Shown here: positions 58,448 through 64,000 of the stretch, in pieces | Position numbering within the stretch: position 1 is the stretch's first letter | Layout of the letters: each line of letters opens with the position of its first letter | Assembly: GCF_963921235.1 (NCBI RefSeq) | Contig: NC_086097.1 | Coordinates: 255,380,001 to 255,444,000, forward strand | Direction: 5' to 3' | Length of the DNA stretch: 64,000 bases | Source of the DNA: Mobula hypostoma | Lineage: Eukaryota | Notes under the pieces: generated by a model | Seen by the model: the letters and a program-made list of their open reading frames with translations, nothing else | The model's database searches: none | What the model was told of the DNA's origin: nothing | Program-made: the position numbers and the translations under genes

Positions 58448-61400
58448 ATCAGTATCCCTCTCAGGGGTGGGGGCCGGCCTAACCTCGCCTGTTGAGGGCC
58501 CAGTAGTCGCCCCACGTTTCTGCAGAGTCCTCTTACTCCAAGTCGGGCTCTGGGTCTACCTGCGCCTCTTGTCCCAGGGGCAACAGGTGGTTCCGATGGA
58601 GAATCTTGACAGGCCCATTCCCACCCTCTGGTTTCACCCGGAAAACTGGTAGGTTTGGCATCTGACTCTCCACCACATAGGGCAAAGCCGCCCAGCGGGC
58701 AGCCAGCTTGTGCTTTCCAGGTAGCCCCAAATTCTTTATGAGGATTCGATCTCCCAGCAGGAGTTGGGAGAACCTCACCTTTTGATCATACCTCCTCTTA
58801 TTCCCTTGATTCTGCTCGGCAGCCGCAACCCCAGCCAATTCATAAGCCCTTTTCAGCTCTCTTTTCATGTCAGACACATACTTCAGAAAGGTCTTCAGTG
58901 GTAAGTCACTCTCGTCAGTCCCAAAACAAAGGTCAATGGGCAACCTCACCTCGCGCCCAAACATCAGATAATATGGCGAGTACCCAGCAGCTTAATGCAA
59001 TTATAACTGTGAAGCAGATTCCCAATATGTTGACTCCACCTGCTCTTCTTGCTGATCTCCAGGGTCCCGAGTATCTCTAGCAAGGTCCGATTAAACCTCT
59101 CAGGTTGGGGATCACCCTGCGGTCCTCGACTTCTCGACTCCTCGACTCCAAGCATGCCCAGTAACTCACAGATGAGTCTGTTCTCAAAGTCCCGTCCCTG
59201 GTCACTATGTATTTGCCTGGGAAGGCCATAATAAACAAAATACTTCTCCCATAACACCTTTGCCATGGTAGACGCCCTCTGGTCCATGGTAGGAAAAGCC
59301 TGAGCATATCTGGTATAGTGGTCCATGATGATTAAGATATTCACTGTGTTACTGGCATCGGGTCTATTAATCCATACACACCAGGTCCAGGGGCCCTGCA
59401 CTCTGCACGTGGGACAAGGGAGCTGCCCACATAGGCAGCGTCTTCCGCCGTATGCAGTGAATGCACGACTTGCAGTATTCTTCGACCTCCGACTTCATTC
59501 GGGCCAGTAAAACTGGTCTCTGAGCAATCCATAGGTCTTTTCCACCCCCAAATGTCCAGAATCATCATGAAGTGATTTCAACGCCATCCTCCGATACTTC
59601 TCGAGCAGAACCAACTGGCAACGCCGGGGTCGGTCTGGGGGTGACGTGACTTGGTATAAGATCTGGTTCTTCAACTCTAACTGAGGCCATTCTCGTAGTA
59701 ATGGAGGCACTGATGCGTGATTCATCCTTTCTGCCTGAGCCATGTCTCCCTTTTTGACCGCCGCCCAAATGGTACCAATACCCGGATCATCTCGCTGAGT
59801 AGCTGCCACTTCCCAAGGACTCAATTCCGGCAGCTGACCTGTCTTCAGAGCAGTCAGGATACAGTAAACTTGGGATAGGGCTTCATCAGAAGCTCTCAAT
59901 TGATCCACCGCTCGATCCAGACTCTCCTTTTCCTCTGCCTTCACGGAGATGGGAAACTGACACAGGCAGGGGGTAGGAACACTCTCCCACTCCTCATCTC
60001 TGTCCAGTCCCTCATGCGCCCGTCCGGACAAAGCATCAGCATCAATGTTCCGGCTCCCTGGCCAGTACTTCAGTCTGAACTCATAGGCAGACAACGCCGC
60101 CAACCACCAGTTTCGCCAAGGTCAGGATATGAGTTAGGGGGTTGTTGTCCGTCCTCACCTCAAATTTGGCCCCCTAGAGGTAGTCACTCAACTTATCCAC
60201 CACCGCCCCTTTCAATGCCAGAAATTCCAATTTGTGCATGGGATAGTTTCTCTTGGAGGGCAACAAACTCCAGCTGACAAATGCATCAGGCCTCAACCCG
60301 CTGCCCTGATCCTGATACAGGATGCCTCCAAACCCTCTCAGCTGGCATCTGTGTGCAGTACATATGGTAATTGGGGGTCTGCAAAAGCCAGGACTGGCAC
60401 CTGGGTCAGCAGCTCCTTCAGCGACTGAAAGGCCTCCTCACTGTTTGCATCCCACCTCGGTCCAAAGGGCTCTGACAGGCTAAGATACTCTCTGCCCCAC
60501 TGTCCTTTTTTCCCCCTCGCTTTCTTCCCCAAGGGAGGGTAACTGCTGAGAAGCTGATTCAAAGTGTGACTCACTTTCATGTAGCCTTTTACAAATCACA
60601 GAACCCGAGGAATGAGCGCAGAGTGCTCAGTCTGGGGTCTTGGCCAAGTGGTAACTGTCTTGATCTTAGCTGGGTCTGTAGCTACCCCATCTGTGAGACT
60701 ACGTGCCCAACATAGCTAACAGACGTTTGGCAGAACTGGCACTTGTCCAGGGAAAGTTTTAACCCTTCAGCTTTCAGGCGGCCCAGCACTTTCAGCAGCC
60801 TCGCTTCATGTTCTTCCAAGGTGGATCCAAACACTGTGAGGTCATCCAGATATACTAATACCTCAAGCAGGTTCATATCCCCCACTGTCTTCTCCATGAC
60901 TCGTTGGCAGGTTGAAGGAGCTCCCGAGTTGCCTTGGGGCATCCTTTCAAACTGGAAAAATCTCAGGGGGCATATAAATGCCGTTTTCTCTTTGTCAGCC
61001 TCACTCATGGGGATCAGGTAATATCCACTCCTCAAGTCCAGCACACTCAAGTCCAGCACACTCAAGTCCTCACCACTCATGTGCTCTTGGAACAACCCAC
61101 ATCAAACTCGCCAGTGGAAAAGACACCAACCTCCTCTTTCAACACGCAAGAACCGGGGAGTCCCCAAAGTTGAATGACTCAGCGGTCAACTTTCTCCCTT
61201 TCTCCAATAGTTTCTCCTCAGTGTGTCTCACAGGGACACTAGACATTACTGTCACCGGGAACAAATGCGCCAGGGGCATCCCCTGCTTGAAGGTGACCTC
61301 CCTCTTTGTAGTATTCCTGACGATCACGGCCATCCTGCTTGCCTGTACAAACCAAGGGCTTTTGCAATTTGGGCCTCATCAGTACCCCAGCAGGAGATCC

Positions 61401-61640
61401 TGCTTCTCCCCAGTGGTCTTCTGGAGTGTCCACTACGAGGGCTTTGCCCTCAGGCACTCTGGGAAATTTGGGGGTCCCCATCACTCTAACTACTTCCACA
61501 GGCCGTACTACCATTGGCTTCAACTGGGTGAACCACACAGTCCCTCGTTTAAATTCAATATCCTGCCTGATGCAGCCATGCACTTCCTCAAAAGCAACTC
61601 GAAACACCGGGTGCATGGACAATGTTCCCAGAAAGCTCTC

Positions 61641-63003
61641 AATAGACAATAGACAATAGGTGCAGGAGTGGGCCATTCGGCCCTTCGAGCCAGCACAGCC
61701 ATTCACTGTGATCATGGCTGATAATCCACAATCAGTACCCCGATCCTGCCTTCTCCCCATATCCCTTGACTCCACCATCATTAAGAACTCTATCTAACTC
61801 TTTCTTGAAAACATCCAGAGAATTGGCCTCCACAGCCTTCTGGGGCAGAGCATTCCACAGATCCACAACTCTCTGGGTGAAAAAGTTTTTCCTCAACTCC
61901 GTTCTAAATGGCCTACCTCTTATTAAATTATGGCCTCTAGTTCTGGACTCCCCCAAAATCGGGAACATGTTTTCTGCCTCTAGCGTGTCCAATCCCTTAA
62001 TAATCTTATATGTTTCAATCAGATCCCCTCTCATCCTTCTAAATTCCAGTGTATACAAGTCCAGTCACTCTATTCTTTCAACATATGACAGTCCCACCAT
62101 CCCGGGAATTAACCTTGTGAACCTATGCTGCACTCCCTCAATAGAAAGAATGTCCTTCCTCAAACTTGGAGACCAAAACTGTACACAATACTCCAGGTGT
62201 GGTCTCACCAGGGCCCTGTACAACTGCAGAAGGGCCTCTGTGCTCCTATACTCAACTCCCCTTGTTATGAAGGCCAACATGCCATTAGTTTTCTTCAGTT
62301 CCTGCTGTACTTGCATGCTTACTTTCAGTGACTGATGAACAAGGACACCAAGATCTCGTTGTACTTCCCCTTTTCCTAACTTGACACCATTCAGATAGTA
62401 ATCTGCCTTCCTGTTCTTGCCACCAAAGTGGATAACCTCACATTTATCCACATTAAACTGCATCTGCCATGCATCTGCCCAGTCACCCAACCTGTCCAAG
62501 TCACCCTGCATTCTCATAACATCCTCCTCACATTTCACACTGCCACCCAGCTTTGTGTCTTCTGCAAATTTGCTAATGTTACTTTTAATCCCTTCATCTA
62601 AATCATTAATGTATATCGTAAATAGCTGTGGTCCCAGCATCGAGCCTTGCGGTACCCCACTAGTCACCGCCTGCCATTCTGAAAGGGACTTGTTAATCCC
62701 TACTCTTTGTTTCCTGTCAGCCAGCCAATTTTCAATCCATGTCAGTACTCTGCCCCCAATACCATGTGCTCTAATTTTGCCCACTAATCTCCTATGTGGG
62801 ACTTTATCAAAGGCTTTCTGAAAGTCCAGGTACACTACATCCACTGGCTATCCCTTGTCCATTTTCATAGTTACATCCTCAAAATATTCCAGAAGATTAG
62901 TCAAGCATTATTTCCCCTTCGTAAATCCATGCTGACTGGGACCGATCCTGTTACTGCTATCCAGATGGGTCGTAATTTCATCTTTTATAATTGACTCCAG
63001 CAT
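61641..63003 (-). mobile_element. CR1-G 5'-truncated copy inside Gypsy
   Basis: ORFs 61732-62058 and 62065-62844; CTCTC on both flanks (61636-61640, 63004-63008). Confidence 0.93.
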
Positions 63004-63403
63004 CTCTCGCCAGCCTTCTCCTTGCAGGCCTTCATGAGCCTCCTCACAAGAGGGGTGTTGGTCCCCACCAGAACTGAAACGCCGCCCTACTCAACAGGGT
63101 CCGGACAAACAGCACTAATGTATCAAGGACCTCAGACATTCTCACATCGGCCTCCGAGAACTCCAACTTCACTGACAAATAACCATCGTATGGGTAAAAT
63201 CACTAGCCCCCAGATCTCCAGTGCCCTGAATGGTATCAATGGGAAATGCTTCAAATACAGGTTGTAAAACGAACAGTACGACAACGCGACCTGCGACCTG
63301 GTGTTGAGTATGGCTTTAGCTTAAATACCCTCTATTCGTAGCGACACACTGGATCATGACTCACTAAGCGTTCAGGACTTGGGCCTTTAGCTTTCGGGGA
63401 TTC

Positions 63404-64000
63404 AATAGACAATAGGTGCAGAAGTTGACCATTTGGCCCTTCGAGCCTGCACCACCATTCTGAGATCATGGCTGATCATCTACTATCAACACCCGGTTCC
63501 TGCCTTGTCCCCATAACCCTTGATTCCCCTATCCATAAGATACCTATCTAGCTCCTTCTTGAAAGCATCCAGAGAATTGGCCTCCACTGCCTTCTGAGGC
63601 AGCGTGTTCCATACCTCTACAACTCTCTGGGAGAAGAAATTCCTCCTCAACTCTGTCCTAAATGACCTACCCCTTATTCTTAAACCATGCCCTCTGGTAC
63701 TGGACTCTCCCAGCATCTGGAACATATTTCCTGCCTCTATCTTGTCCAATCCCTTAATAATCTTATATGTCTCAATCAGATCTCCCCTCAATCTCCTTAA
63801 TTCCAGCATGTACAAGCCCAGTTTCTCTAACCACTCTGCATAAGACAGTCCGGACATCCCAGGAATTAACCTAGTGAACCTACGTTGCACCTCCTCCACA
63901 GCCAGGATGTCCTTCCCTAAACCTGGAGACCAAAACTGCACACAATACTCCAGGTGTGGTCTCACCAGGGCCCTGTGCAAATGCAAAAGGATTTCCTTGC
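63404..64000 (-). mobile_element. CR1 3' part (subfamily I), runs off the window
   Basis: ORF 63486-63986 RPHLEYCVQFW...RGDLIETYK; tail 63404-63415. Confidence 0.9.

Larger units (their letters stand above)
57600..63403 (-). mobile_element. Gypsy (Ty3/gypsy) LTR retrotransposon internal region, decayed pol (PR-RT-RH-IN)
   Basis: Protease AILNTRSQV (~63300), LDLRSGYY, ERMPQG, VYLDDL, LHTDAS, HDDSGHLG, IHSDQGRDFE, ERFNRTL, MFGREVRLPIDL; interrupted by CR1s at 57794-58447 and 61641-63003. Confidence 0.93.

Noticed and set aside
1075..62821. Recurrent ORFs such as MPPKWITSHL..., MNLLCTPS..., MIMADHPTQ..., MYASSLE...
   Set aside because: Antisense or alternative frames of CR1 ORF2, repeated only because the element is repeated.

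Overview
Eukaryotic (vertebrate) genomic DNA. The repeat families point to a cartilaginous fish, probably a ray or skate (inference). I see no host gene, tRNA, rRNA or CRISPR array. Almost the whole window is a stack of nested transposable elements. CR1 LINEs from several subfamilies dominate; the labels A-I are mine, based on 3' tails and sequence, and about ten copies belong to one young subfamily 'A', one with an uninterrupted ORF2 at 52186-55017. Also present are Rex1/Babar LINEs, an RTE LINE 3' end, a HERO-like restriction-endonuclease LINE, Penelope-like (GIY-YIG) fragments, a decayed Gypsy LTR element, a Tc1 fragment, a non-autonomous hAT-like element and a 28-bp minisatellite. The most interesting signals are non-coding. 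(1) Two independent ~200-230 bp fold-back insertions with 12-14 bp target-site duplications (TSDs) are built from a Penelope-type terminal repeat; one has an intact minimal hammerhead ribozyme core. (2) A 554-bp RTE-type non-autonomous element has a 5' end that folds into an HDV-like ribozyme with an unusual stem inserted in L3. (3) The minisatellite monomer reads as the LINE RT motif TMWKIAQVC. (4) Nesting reaches four layers and by chance yields a 1384-aa chimeric ORF. Element boundaries were read by eye and are approximate to a few bases unless a junction is quoted.
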